Source: Priapulus caudatus (Eukaryota). From it: DNA of 64,000 bases. A model generated the notes under the pieces. That model saw only the letters and a program-made list of their open reading frames with translations, searched no databases and had not been told where the DNA came from. A program made the position numbers and the translations under genes. The first letter of the stretch is position 1, and the number at the start of each line of letters is the position of its first letter. The stretch is taken from NCBI RefSeq assembly GCF_000485595.1, contig NW_014577061.1:596922-660921 (forward strand), read 5' to 3'. Positions 30,501-44,200 of the stretch are shown here, piece after piece.

Positions 30501-31445
30501 TCCTGACTTAACAAGGATCCTACGAACGTATCCTTATCGTATTATTAGTAGCAGGCTTCGAAATTCATGGTAGTCCGTTAGTCCGAAATAACCAGATGTA
30601 CTCACGGATGAATATATTACAGTAAAAACTGGTTTGGTGGACTACAACTTACAAGACTACCAGGTTACAAAATGTAGTAGCCCTTATGACTACAAGACAA
30701 AGAAGGTTAATTTTGTGCCCTGGTTAGAACTGTTATCCTGTAAGAAAATTAGTGGTACCTTACTGTTAGTGAGTTAGTCCTTGATGATAACACGTGCAGT
30801 GAAAGATGTTGCTGCACTGGTGCATGTACTGTAATTTTCCTTAACGTGTGTACAGATACTTTGTAACAGAAAAGAAAACTGTGGTGGCAATGGATCCAGC
30901 TGTCCTGAATCTTTCACATAGTTATCGCACAGTTTTAAGCACAGGTATGGCCACAGATATTCAAATATACCTGTTATAAACATTTTTATTTATCCGAAAT
31001 GCATGCTAAAAATTTGGTAAATATTGTCATTGATGTGCTAGTGATTTTGAATGGACACAGGCATCTTGTATTATTAACCTTGTTTTGCTTAATTTTAGCC
31101 AGACAATTTCCTTTCAATGTTTATTGTTCTACACTACTCAGCAAATTAATATATTTATTGAGAGGGAGTAGAATCACTACTTTTGTTTTACTAATATTGG
31201 GGACTCATGAAGGTTCCAAAAATAGGTTTAAAGAGAAATTAAAAAAATGTTATAATTAAAAAAAATAAGTTAATCACAATATTTATTTCCCAGGGGAAGT
31301 TGAGGCTCACATCAACCTATTGGCGGAGTTGGTACCTGATTGGCTAACTATTAACAAGGCTAGAGGCAAGATCTTTCTGAAGATTAGGAAAGATGTAGAT
31401 GTAAACACAATTTGTAATAGACTCACTAGGCTTCTGAAGAAGTAA
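24521..31445 (+). CDS. CDT1: DNA replication licensing factor Cdt1; exons ~24521-25291, 25991-26077, 26387-26577, 27081-27275, 27685-27836, 28114-28223, 28434-28622, 29462-29625, 30415-30527, 30856-30944, 31294-31445
   Basis: N-terminal PIP-degron-like [15 protein letters not shown]; geminin-binding domain [10 protein letters not shown]...[63 protein letters not shown]-terminal winged helix [18 protein letters not shown]...[13 protein letters not shown]. Exon 1 donor is uncertain. Confidence 0.95.
27486..27684 (+). repeat. 32-bp tandem repeat (6 units plus partial) overlapping the Cdt1 intron 4 acceptor
   Basis: Unit TTTTGCAGGCTTGCATTGAATAACTTGATTAC. Confidence 0.95.
29893..30349. mobile_element. 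PIF/Harbinger-like MITE in a Cdt1 intron
   Basis: ~40-bp TIRs GGGGTCGTTCACAATTATCAACATTTTCACAAG; TTA TSD. Confidence 0.88.
30528..30855 (+). other. U12-type (minor spliceosome) GT-AG intron in Cdt1
   Basis: 5' splice site GTATCCTT; branch site TTTTCCTTAAC at 30835-30845, 10 nt from the intron end; no polypyrimidine tract; frame preserved across the junction. Confidence 0.9.
30552..30722. mobile_element. Old hAT-like MITE inside the U12 intron
   Basis: CAGGCTTCGAAATT...AATTTTGTGCCCTG imperfect TIRs, similar to 40190-40569. Confidence 0.5.
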
Positions 31446-33249
31446 GTACAAAATGCTCTGTTTTGCTGTGTTGAGAGCAAAGTGCAAAAAATGCAGTCCA
31501 TACAGGATGAAAACTGTAGTGAATGCATAATTGGACCTTGCACCTGTTCTGTTTATGTCTTATTATAAAGGCATGTGAGTGCATGCTTTATTGTATTGAT
31601 TTTAAACGTCAAGGGTTGTATTGTGTATTATAACTTTGGTCTTATTATTGTAGTTATTAAGCTGCAACAACATTAAGGTTTTGCTATTGTGGTTGGTAAC
31701 TTTGTTCCAATCTCCAAGTATTTTTATTGTATACACAAAGCATTCCATATTTTTCTTGAAATATTGGGTTTTACAGTTTTGTACAATCATTTTTAACCTT
31801 TAATTGTAATTAGTATTTCTAGAGTTGCTTTACTGTTTTTATCATGGGAATTTATAATTAGATTTAGTATTTTGTTCCTTGCCCTAACAATCATTATAAT
31901 GCACTTCAATTTGATATCTTTCCTACTAACCTGTTGCAGTGTGTTACCTTTGGCTACTTCATAAATATGTGCCGTTTAGACCAATTTTTGCTCAGGTATT
32001 GATTTTACTATTGTCATAAGATTATGTATAAAATACACTGTCAAGTTTTGAATTTATAACCATTGGAATTAACCATAAAATATTAGCTAAGTAATCGTAA
32101 ACTTCATGACAGACTTTCAATGATTCGAATGTCAGCAGGTTTCCTCTTATGGAAAGAGTGAGATTTGTTAGATATATATTTCCAAAGAGGTCATATATTG
32201 TCGACATGAAATCAGTTAGGAAAGATTATTAGGTTAGATGCCAATAATAGTTTTTGTGAATTAAGTGTTTTATTAAAAATATTTGTATAAAATTAATACA
32301 TATTTATCATTGTCATAAATTCTAAACTTCCCTGCTATTATCAATTGACCACTTATATTGTACAAAAACACAACGTGCACGTGTAGTCACGTAAAAATAA
32401 TATACTAGACTACAATATACTCTCCTGTTACAATGAATACACATTGGCTATGTAAGACATACATTTCAAACATTTACTAATTTTAAGAGACCATGCTATG
32501 ATTGTATATGAAATTTCTCTGACATTGTCTGATCTGCAAGATTGTATGAAATGCACAGTGTATACAGTGACATATTTCCACAGTTGCTGCTATATAATAG
32601 TAGTGCTTATATACACATTAATGCAACTCTGTACTTCTCATACTAGTGCTTTATCGAGAACTGTAAAGTATATTTGGATTTATTCATATTCTCATATATC
32701 TGACTAGTTCATAGAAGCAGAGATGGTGAACGTAAATTGGACTCACACGTCGGAACATTACACATTTATTTCACATAGTTTTATGTTATAGGTATTATGC
32801 AGACAAAAGGGGCATAATGATCAGGGTAGTTATAGCAGAACAGACTACAATAGTATCGAGATAAAGTTAGGAAGTAAGAGTCGAGGAAGATAAAATGAAA
32901 AGAAAACTGGAGAAAGAGGGAGGGTATAGGAGTCGAGCAGCAGAACAGGAGACAGGTTTTTAAGACAGGACTACACACACCCTGAAATCAAGAGGAAACT
33001 CGCCTATGACCAAAAAGAAGTGTTTATGTTTGAACGCAAGCACGCACACACATACACAAAGACACGATGCTCATGCATTCGAGCAATGTTTTACGCCTGG
33101 TTCATGACAAAAACCTGTGAAATACCTCATGTGTATTCCCTCTGACTTTAGATATGCCATTTTACTTGATCACAGATGATGATATTTAAGTATCAACTGA
33201 TTGTCTTGGACCAGGTGACAGATCTGATACCATTGAATTATGGTTTATC

Positions 33250-36223
33250 TCAATGTTGTTGCGCTCCTTTTGCGTTGAGCAGCGAGTCTAGCTGTGAGTA
33301 AATATATGTCTCTTGCTCGTTACTAGCAGATATGAGATTCACACATTCTTTCAGAATAACTGCAAGCCTGTTGGCTATCGCAGTCGGAGGTGACCTCAGT
33401 AAGCCACGGCGTGCATTGCTTAATCGACTAGTAAAGATGTCTCTGCAAATAACCTGCAAATAATTATAATACACAGTAAGCATATGAACATATATGATAA
33501 CCTAAACTTAATTATCTTAATAAATAATATTAAAAATAGGACAACGAGTTGAGCTTATCAGATCTGTTCATTGTGTATTACTGAATACAATAATATCAGG
33601 AGTGTATAATAATATCTATTATGATACACTCCTGATAATATCATGGTAATTTGCTGATTGCTTGCCAATGTTCCTGTTAATTATATGTCACAATAATTTG
33701 AACATTACAACATTGAATCAGGCTCTGTATCTGTGTAACAGGAAATACCTGCAAGTTACTATTGATTCTCTGGGGCTGGCACCAGCCTGTCTCAAAGTTG
33801 CACAGAGTCAAGCAGTCGAAGAATGAACAGGCCTCGTGCGAGGAACAATTCTCGTTCGACGTCGTGAACGCAAACTCTGCTCGTAGCCTCGAGTCTACGA
33901 GCACAGAGTCGGCATCGATGACGTACACTCCGAGATCAGCTCCCAATCCAAAGTTGTCTGCCTTCACGTCACAGATGTGCACACGCTCGCCGAAGTCCCT
34001 ATCGAGAGATGCGGCAAGCTCGAGGAACTGTCTGGCCACGTGCGCGCGCAACGACCAGTCGTCGCCGCCCGTCACGAGCCGCGGACTGAGAATCGCATCG
34101 GAGGGAATGTAATCGATGGCGTAGAAATGCCCACAGGTACCCAGAACGTGTGGGAAGTGCGTGTTATGCAGCAGTCTGACCAGCATCACGTACTCGTCCT
34201 GTTGAAGTAGCGACCATAAGCTCAGCATCGCTGCGTGCAAACTTTCGCTACTTCCTACAAACTGCTGAAACTGCATTGACCAGATGCTATTAAGGGCGGT
34301 AGTGTCACTGATGTGAGAGAAATTGAACCTTGCGTTGAGCCACAAAGATTCACGGACAATTCGGGAAAACTCCTGCAGGGAAGGAAAGATGTGGCTGCCA
34401 TTAGGAAGATCGTAGCCAAGAGTGGGGAAGTTGTAAAAGCTGCGTCGTTCCGACTTCAAGACAATGTCATTGTCATTCAACTTCACGTGATAAACTTGTT
34501 TACCTGGAAAATACAAATGGTTAATCATTGCCAGGATTCTGAATTACAATAGCAACAATGTTTAAATTTCGGCAAGCCTGATACAGCCAAGCGGCCATAA
34601 TTGTCTATGACAAAATAAGCCATGGGAGAATTGTCTATCTGCCATTTCATATGGTTGATGTCCATAAATAGATTATTGTTTACTGTTGCCTTACCTTCAT
34701 TGTAATTCATGCAGCGTTTGAAGATGAAATTGGGCTTTTCGCAGATGTTAACACACATGCTCCCCAATACTGCCCCGCGCTGATGATGAAAACACTGGAA
34801 TTTCAAGAAGTGTTGTTATTGCTAAATAGATACAGTAATGGGGTAGTTACATCTTCCATACAGCCTACGAAGGGCGGGTAGCTTTCGGTAGCGGGAGCAA
34901 AGAGGCTACACCGGTAGAGCTGGACCTAATAAAATCCGAACTACTGTATAAGCCGTATTTTTGGCGTACAGATATTTTCGCGAATGGATTCGTGCGCCGG
35001 CCTATGCATTCGGCGCACGGATCCATAGCTGCCAGCGCTGCATACTGTCGTAGGACGTTCCCGCGGTCGCGTGCGCCTTGCCGCGGAACTGCGCGCAAGA
35101 TCTGTTCGCAGCGCTTCGGATCAACACCTCCTTTCGGCAACGCTTCTCTAGTATCCCGTCTCATCTGGACGGACAGTTTCGCGAGTGGTTAATTTCGCGG
35201 TCGGTGAATTATGAAATATTCAGTATTATTCGCGCGTTGTTATTTTCGCGGTCGGGGACGCGTTCGCGAAATTCGCGAAAATTAAGCCATGGCGAAACAT
35301 ACGTACAGCTTATACAGTATGCCCCATTACATTCCATCTATATCGCATTTCAAATGGAAGGGCTTTCATGAAGCAACCGAAGTCGGTCGGGCCCTAGCTC
35401 TAGTACTACAGCCCTTGTTGCCACAGGCCTGTGCATGCCACTACTAGAGCTAGTGTGGCCCTAGCTCTACCAGTACTAGTGGCAGTGGATCTCCTTCGCT
35501 CCCACTATAGCCTACAGTACACTGAGTACAGGCACTGTACCAGCACTATAGCCATCCACTGCTCAATTCTAGTTTGGGACCCTGGCCCTAGCTCATTTTC
35601 GCAAATGTGTGTGTACAGTGAAACACAATTCACAAAGGATCAGTGTGTTTGTATATATCTATAGCTAAACTAAGTCGTTTTACTTACTAACTTAGGCTCG
35701 TAGGGTCTATGTCCCCCTGACCTCTGTTTGACCTGGCTCGTTTAGCTATTTCTGACTAACCCTAACGCTAACCCTATATATTATATCAAGAGCTAATAAT
35801 ACCTAGTAGGTACTATTAAAATACCTAATAGGTATTATCCGCTCTTGATTATATATTATATATATATATATATATTATATATTATTAGTCAGAAATAGCT
35901 AAACGAGCAAGGTCAAACAGAGGTCAGGGGGACATACTCATAGAGTTATCTGCCTAACATAGCCAGTGCTAAACACAGGATGGCCAATCATAGACCCAGA
36001 ACTTAATTCTGAATACAACAATCAAAGACCAAAAGGCAAAACGCAAACTAACCAGATCTCTTATTATAGCCCGAGCTTCTGAATTTGAGCAATGTAAGCT
36101 CCATAGAATCAGGACCACAGCTATAATAAGGGTTGTACAGATAACAACAAACATAAAACAAAACTTCCGTAGGGCACACTTTCGGGCCCCATACAAAAGT
36201 ATTGACCACATAAACGACGACAT
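33250..36223 (-). CDS. DIPK1: Divergent protein kinase domain 1 (FAM69/DIPK1) family, type II membrane kinase-like protein; exons 36053-36223, 34695-34794, 33749-34503, 33250-33453
   Basis: N-terminal TM segment; Cys-rich GSMCVNIC; SLWSLLQQDEY, FPHVLGTCGHFYA, HICDVKADNFG, IDAD, CSFFDC, NSNLQVIC motifs; consistent splice phases. Confidence 0.9.
34942..35319. mobile_element. TA-flanked MITE (Tc1/mariner-like) in a DIPK1 intron
   Basis: TACTGTATAAGCCGTA...TACAGCTTATACAGTA termini; TTTCGCG internal repeats. Confidence 0.7.
35702..35940. mobile_element. AGGGTCTATGT-family MITE with ~55-bp TIRs
   Basis: TATGTCCCCCTGACCTCTGTTTGACCT...CTGACTAA mirrored at 35885-35936. Confidence 0.8.
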
Positions 36224-36459
36224 ATCAGCAGTGCCACTGTCATCTTAAAGTAAGTGCATTCATAATGATTTGTATACAGAATATATGCATAACTTGATGT
36301 TATAACAAAAAAAGTAAACAAATGTAGCAAAATCGCGTGTGAAATAGACTGACCCGATACATTCCTGTGGCTACCAGCCGTTCCGGTAACCCGTTATATA
36401 TTACAACATGGTTTTTCTCCCGGTAACCGTGACAAAACCTAGACCTGCAGCAGTACAAT

Positions 36460-36551
36460 TAGCTCTAGTACTATAGCCGCTTACATTAACTGCCGCTGGA
36501 GTTGCCTGCTGCCAGCGGCAGTTAATGTAAGCGGCTATAGTACTAGAGCTA
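36460..36551. mobile_element. 92-bp perfect hairpin mini-element (Mutator-like)
   Basis: 40-bp perfect arms, 12-nt loop, 9-bp TSD CAGTACAAT. Confidence 0.9.
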
Positions 36552-36557
36552 CAGTAC

Positions 36558-37082
36558 AATAAGCCAGTTCGTAGTTAGCCAAGGGGTTGTGTGACGTCAC
36601 AGGTCACCGGGTCATTTGTGACAAAAATCGATCAAAATCTCGAGTGCGGCGTGCGCTCTCGGTTCAGTACGTATAATATCATTAATATGTACTCTGTGTA
36701 CGTGCACACACCCGCACGCACGCACCTGTACGTGCACACGCACGCACGTGAACGTGCACACGCACGCACGCACGCACCTGTACGTGCACACGCACGCACG
36801 CACGCACCTGTACGTGCACAGCCGCCGACGAACGCAAAACGTGTACGTGCACACGCACGCACGAACGTGTACGTGCACACGCACGCACGAACGTGTACGT
36901 GCACACGCACGCACGAACGTGTACGTGCACACGCACGCACGAACGTGTACGTGCACACGCGAAGACTGTAGCATTACGACACAGATGCATGCGTATTCTG
37001 CACGGCCGAACTACGAAATATTTTGTCATAAATGACCTGACCCGGAAGTTTGCGCATGTGCATAACAACGAACTGGCTTATT
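36558..37082. mobile_element. TIR element carrying a 26-bp (GTACGTGCACACGCACGCACGAACGT)n array
   Basis: AATAAGCCAGTTCGT...ACGAACTGGCTTATT termini; second inverted pair GGTCATTTGTGACAAAA/TTTTGTCATAAATGACC; array at 36697-36960. Confidence 0.78.
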
Positions 37083-37349
37083 ATTTCAGTGTCATTCACC
37101 CGTGAGTCTCTTATCACGGGTATTTATTTGCCCGCGACTAAATTACCTTATGATTTTCACCCATTTTCATTTACCCCAAAATAATTTCATTAACCCTCGG
37201 GTGAACCATTCACAAAGCACTGCTCTACAGAACTGGTCGCCACCATCCACTCACTCTCGTTTATGTGTAACTTCACTATCTAATCCAATTTAAATGCTTT
37301 ATTTTTCCCCATGTCATCCCATGCTCGATCACACTGTACCCTTGCCCTG

Positions 37350-37530
37350 GGGGGGCTTATGTTGGGCTTGCGAGCCGACTCGACTGGAAGCAACTGGCTG
37401 CAATTCACTGCGACTGGCCGCCACTAGTTGCTCGGAATAGAACAGTGGGCAACTGGACGCAACTAGTCGCTGCCAATCGCTTCCAGTTGCTTCCAGTCGA
37501 GTCGGCTCGCAAGCCCGACATAAGCCCCCC
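37350..37530. mobile_element. Hairpin MITE with ~50-bp TIRs
   Basis: GGGGGGCTTATGTTGGGCTTGCGAGCCGACTCGACTGGAAGCAACTGG mirrored at the right end. Confidence 0.85.
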
Positions 37531-38215
37531 TTTACATCCATGCATCCACCGTTGAATAATTTGAAACCAAGACAATATGTAACAAAACAATATGTAATAC
37601 AAATTTTCTGAACATAGCTTATGCCTTTATTTATAGTTATAGTTTTTATTAGGCAGGAATCAAATGAACAAGAAATTTCACAACGGATAAAACTTGTACA
37701 TACATATTTACGAATGTATATTGTTTCTCTAAAAAGCCACATGCACACAGTACATGAGACACTGGTGGTGAGCATGTTTTAGAAAAATATACATTTTAAT
37801 TACTTTTTACTTCTTAGTCTTCTTATTTGAGTGTAGCACAATGTAGTCTGTGAAAAAATAACTTCTAGCTATTGCAATAGTAAAATTGCAATGAAAAATA
37901 ATTTACTTGATTGATTTGTGTATACCAACGTGAAACCATGCAATCTGAAAATGCCTACCGCGCAAAATAAGTCATAAGCTGTATCACGTTCACAATTTAA
38001 ATAGGAGTATTACCTTGAAATTGTAAAGTAAGTTGTGCTTATTTTTTAAAACCTTGTTTCAACCTTGATGATGAACTTTATTCCTACGCTGAGAAGCTTA
38101 GGTTATGTATATTTATCACTAAGCATGAATAATTATGACGTAAATAACCCTGCCTAACAGTTATAAACACCTTTGTCAACCATGGCTACCATTAGCCATT
38201 TGCTTCCAGCGACAA

Positions 38216-41200
38216 TCATGAGTACTGAATTTCCTTGTAGCGTATAAACCTAGTCAGGTTGTTCTTTGCTGTCAGAATAATGGCCAGATTCTCCCCAAGA
38301 CTCTTCTTCTGTTGCTGGATCTGTGGCAACAAATGGCATGTACATTACATAAGATTTTATACATCTAAGCAATATATATACATATATATACCAATACAAA
38401 GCCTCTATCTAAATCTGTCATGTTCTTCACATGACAGTTAGCAGACAAGTGATGTATGACATTCTCAGATGACTAGATACCTAATTTGCATAATTTTTTT
38501 CCCATTTTTGTTCTTTGATTGCCATGAATATGTGTGCACGTGTGTGTAGATCTCTGCATGTACATGTTCAATGATTCTACAATGTTACCTTGCTCCTAAA
38601 CACTGGCGATAGCGTTTTCAGTTTGTCAACAAGCCCGATAGCTCTGCAAACCTCCTCTATAATAGCACCATCTTGCCCAAACAGATCAAATATGGCATCC
38701 AAGCTTTCTGCACACACCCACAAAGTTGCGTCTCTGCTGCACATCTCCACTAGAAACAAACCTATGCCCTGTGTAAAACCAAAAATTATGCATATCATTA
38801 ATGAACATTTTAAAATCCTCATATTATGCAATATTGCATTCACATGCAGGAGGCAAGAATTTACACCCCAACCCTGAATCAAGGAAATGGCATAATTCTC
38901 TGATTATCATCCTTTTCATTTATCTTGGTAATCTAAATTTAGAATTCACATATACACAGCTATGTATTACGTTTTACCTTGAGAGCTTCCATGCTAGATA
39001 CATCAGCAGCTAGAAAGCATCCAAGTGTCTTCAGAATGCGAACGATATTTGCACGAACCGCTGGTTCCTCACAATGTTGCCCAACTTCTGACAATAGCTG
39101 CAAATTGCTAGGCAGCATGTCTTTGAACTTGCAAAACATAGGAGTTAAGATATATGTAGTATTTATCAGAAGTGCATGAGCATACTATCTAGAACAGTGC
39201 TATTATAGTGTGATATACTCTAGCAATAATTTGCAAAATATACATCTGACGTTAATTAAATTTTTTGCCAAAAAAATTGAGCACCTCACTAGTAAGTGAT
39301 CTTGGTAACAATATAAAAAATACTACACACCATAGCATACAAAGGCAAATGCAAATGTTTATATAATACCTTTGGTGACTTAAGTTCACAGAGTTGTTGA
39401 AGAACAGCCCTCATTGCACTCGTTGAAGACTCCAGTAATTCTAAATCGCCAATCTTGGCCACTTGAAATGCTTCTGTCCCAATCATGGTCCATAACTCCC
39501 ATAAACCATCATGGCCACCTACATCATCTGGGCTCAGCTTTGCCACCATATTGCTTATACAAAGTAGAGCCCGGCACCGTACTCTCAGTTGGCTAGAACA
39601 CAAAAGATGCAACAACTGCTGACAACCTGGCCCAAATAATTGTGTGTATAGGCCTATGTGAGGAAATAAATTATACATGTGACCCTATCTGACATATAGC
39701 ACGTACTTATTGGTCCATACTACCTTGAAATTAGCTTGTTTCCTTGGCTGTGGCATGACAGCTTCTCTCGTGTCACAGTGTCAAGGTCTTTCATCAGGAT
39801 AATAACCTTTTGCAGTAGAGCCTGACTATTGATGGCTTCATGTAAATCTGGAACCATATCTCCTATGCACTACATCATACCAAGAATAAGCATTACCAGG
39901 TTATATCTGCAAAGATTATTATTGTGATGGAAATTCAACCCTAGATTATTAAAATAATAATAAAAAAATATATTCAAGTCTAAATGCTATGGAAATGCTA
40001 ATGAATTAGTGTCAAGCGCAGTTTGTGGTATTTATCATTTGAGTAATAAAAACAAATCTTATATAATATATCACAATAGTTTTTGCCAAAAAACTTTCTA
40101 GTGATTTCTAATTTATAAATGAAAGTAAATGACATACACAAAATAGAATAGAAAGATGACAAAAAGCTTATTATGGCAATTTATATACCCAGGGCGCGAA
40201 ATTAACACCGGCACACTGGCATATGCTGGCAAATTACTTGGAGGGCCGGTAACATTGGCAAAACACCAGCCCTCCGAGCCGGTGGTTTCAGCCTGTGTTA
40301 GCGAGTACCTACATGTTTATTTATAGCATTAATGAGCAAATAGCCTACATTACTGTTTTACCTGAAGGATATCACGCCATAATTTATCAACATTTTACAA
40401 ATTTCAAATCGAAAATGCAAGCATGAGACATGACATTGATTTTACAAACAAAATTTATGAGGGCTGGTAAATTATGGTGAGGGCTGGTAAATTATGGTGA
40501 TGGCTGGTAAGAAATTGCTGTTACCAGCCCTCTGGGCTGGTGCAAAAAAAATCTGAGTTTCGTGCCCTGTATATCACTTTCACACATTTTTCAAAAATTT
40601 CACAAACATTTTGTAAGTAAGATGGGACATATATCTTCACAATGATCAGAGTAGCAGGTTTGTATAACTTCATACCGAATCAGTGACTTGCTCTTCAACC
40701 TCCATATCTGCAATGCTTTCACTAGTATCACTGCTGTCCAGATCTTCCCACTCTTCTTCCTCACAATCTAAATTCAGGCAAATGCATAGTAATGTGAAAC
40801 CTGAAGCATTGTTATACCCAGCCATTATACATATAAATATTATTCACATAAAGTTTAATTATAATTCTTGACTATGTACACCATTTCATATGATTTTGGA
40901 TTTGAGAGAGAAAGTAAATTACTTTGTGCAAAAAAAATGCAACCTATAACTAGAGCCGCAGAGCATCTGGGCTCATCTGAGGTCTGTACCTACCGACAGA
41001 AACAAAACAAACAAAAAAAACAATGAGAGAAAGAAGCTCACAAAAAAAAAATAAAGATAACCGAATATAGTCTCACCTGACAGCGAAAATATCACTGATT
41101 ACACCAACATTCAAAACACCAATATTTTATGCAGTTATAGCATAGAAAAATTGATTTGACCACATCATACCAGCAATAAATTTTTTCGAGTCAGGATTTC

Positions 41201-44200
41201 CAAAAATCACAAATGGCGTCTCAAACAAGCGAACATAATTAAAACAAAGGGGCATCTATTTGTGTGTGATAAGTATTCTCGCTGGCGGTACGCAACGAGG
41301 ATTTGATCCACTTCTCTCTCCGTTTTCGTTATACTTATAGTCCCTAGGACTTTTGAAGACTAATATTTATGAGGTTACAACTTACACTCTTGTTTGTGTT
41401 ACGCTACTAAGCACCTCTGTGTTTACATATCTGACCAAAAATATCTCCGGTGCGATTTTTGCATTACTGTACCCTTGTTGACGTCTCGCGGTACCGCGAG
41501 AAAGTGCGAGACATGACAGCGAAAATCAACAAGAGAACGCAAAATTGTAATCGTGCATGATTTTGACTTTGCATGCGGTTCTAAGACATTTTATTGTTAT
41601 TTCAAACAATTCCTGTTACTCAAGCAACAACGGTAGGCATCATGAGAGTGAGAATAAACACTAAAAAATGTTGAAAAAAACTCGCAATGATCGCTTTAAG
41701 TCATGCGTAGTGACACCTTTGTTAGGCGCAGATATGCAGATACGCAGTTGCGTACACATCATTTCAGCAACCTTCTGCATTCTGCATACCTCCCAAATCC
41801 CATTGGTTGATACAAATCGCGTGCCTGAAACTCCAGTTTTATGGTGCATTGTGAACCTAACCCTAACCCTATTTAAAAAAAAAAATTTAATTGTTGTAAA
41901 AATTATTTGTGGTTATGAAATTGTTGTAAATAAATCATGTAAATATTTGCCTTAATTGGAAAGAAATAGTTAAACTGTTTAATGGATAAAGATAGAAAAA
42001 TACAGAAAACAGGTAAATAATAGAAAATCTGATGGGATTCGATCCAAAGACCTTTGAGCCGTAATCCTGTGCTGTAGCCGTTGCGCAATCGAGGCATATT
42101 GGCTTTCCAGATTATGGATGTTCCATGAATATGAGAACACTGTGACATCATTGTTAGCAGTTCAGGAATCCATGTTTAACCCTCCTCTTGAGGGTCAAAA
42201 GGTTATCAGACACTTACTCTTTGCACGTCAGTGGAAAGCACATTTCATGGTCCTTTCAATAAAGTTGTAAAAATGGTAGGTCATGCAGTGCTCGAAACAA
42301 AAAAGTTGTTCACTGTGTCCGTTAGGCCACGTCCTCAGAAAATGTCTAAAATCTGCCCTGTGCCCCATTGACCTTTGACCTGTGACCTCCAATTTCGGCA
42401 CAGTGATGGCTTTTCCTACCATGATGCTATACACCGACTATCACGAGCCTAGGTCGAACCGTTTAGATTTGTGCCGCAATTCTGCATTTCCTCCCTATAC
42501 CTTAATTAAGGGGGAATGTTCCCCCTTCTTTTACAGCTCTTGACTTTTGACCTTTGACCACCAGCTTCAACATCCCAACTCGTTTTCGGAGTACCCCCCT
42601 ACGTCCCGACTTTCAAATCCGTACGTCGAGCCGTTCAGATTTGTACCCAAATGTTGATGGACGCACGCACGCACGGACGCACGGACAATCATGCGATTCT
42701 ACAAGCTGCATCCGACTACGTCAGATGAACTAAAAAGTATAATAGAGATTGTTATTTCAATTACACACATTGGAAATAAGCGATGAATATCCTAAACTAT
42801 GGATGCAGAATGAAATATAATTACTACTTGTAATAATCATACAACCATACCATCAGTGCAGCAGATGTTGGTTGTTATTTCTAAGGCAGTCTGCTGTGCA
42901 TCAAGGATATTTTCAATTTTTTTAACAGTAGCATCAAGCTCTGAACTCTGCAGTAAAGAATGCAGAAACACTATGTAACAGCTAGTGTGTACGCACATTT
43001 GCTCCAAAATCAATGCCCCCAATATATGTATAAAGATTAGAGCTGCTTTATGTAACATTTTATGGTGATGAAACCAGCAAACATTTACCTTCAACTTAGA
43101 TTGTTTAAAAATAATTGTGGGATTTCTCGCAAACTATGCAAAACACACATTAACATTATTGGTTAACCTACATGGAACTCTGCTGAACCACTGCTAGCAC
43201 CTAATTCTGCAGATGTTTCCTGTAATAACATAATAGGAAATCTAATTAAAAACTTGTGCGTGCTCCTTTGAACCTAGTCTGTAAACCACATATGTATCAT
43301 CAAAATATGTAATGTGTGAACTATATGCTAATTTGTTATATGAATTGTGCTGTCACATACGCAATGTTATACGATAGTATACTATACCCTGACTAGTGAA
43401 TATCTCACCTCTAGTTTTGCTGCTAGCATTGTTAGCTGCATTGTCGAATCAAGTCTAAAGCAGCTACATAATACGGTAATAATGGGCATGACCGTTTTAC
43501 TCTCCAATTTTCCATCAGCCATGTTCAGGTGAATTCCTATATGTAGAAAAACAGTCGTGTAGTCATGTAGTAGCTATGTTGTACACATGCAGTGCAGATC
43601 ACTTAGGACGCTACGTTTTCCTATAACTTCAATTGTTATTTTATTTAAAAACTTATTTATATAATACTTACATGCCATACTAATATATTTTGTTTAAAAA
43701 AACTATATATATTTTGGTAATAGGTAATAAGGTAATCATTGTAAACAGAAAAATACCAATTCTATTCACCTATGGCTAGTGACCTGAGAAGTAGATGTTC
43801 AGCATCACTTTTGTCACTAATAACCAATTTTGTCAGAGTGTCACTGAGATCTGTGCTTGCAGCTGCTGAGACAAATTCGGGGTTGTCTTCTGAGATGGCA
43901 TGCAGGCATCGGGCTATAACATGCAAATATATCGGCTAACTTATTTCATGCAGTACCATGATACATGTAATGAATGCTATATATATTTCCAACTGAGTAG
44001 TGGGCCAGGATCATATATAACTTACAGAGTGAGCAAAACTTTTCTCAACCAATATGTTTTACGACAACATGTATTTTTATCGGTTAATCAGTTAAAACGG
44101 GAGAATGATAGAGGCTATGCGCACACATACCAACAGATATTGCAGCATCAATCCCATAAGTGTCGAACTGAAGTGCTGGTGTCAGAATGTGCAGAATGTT

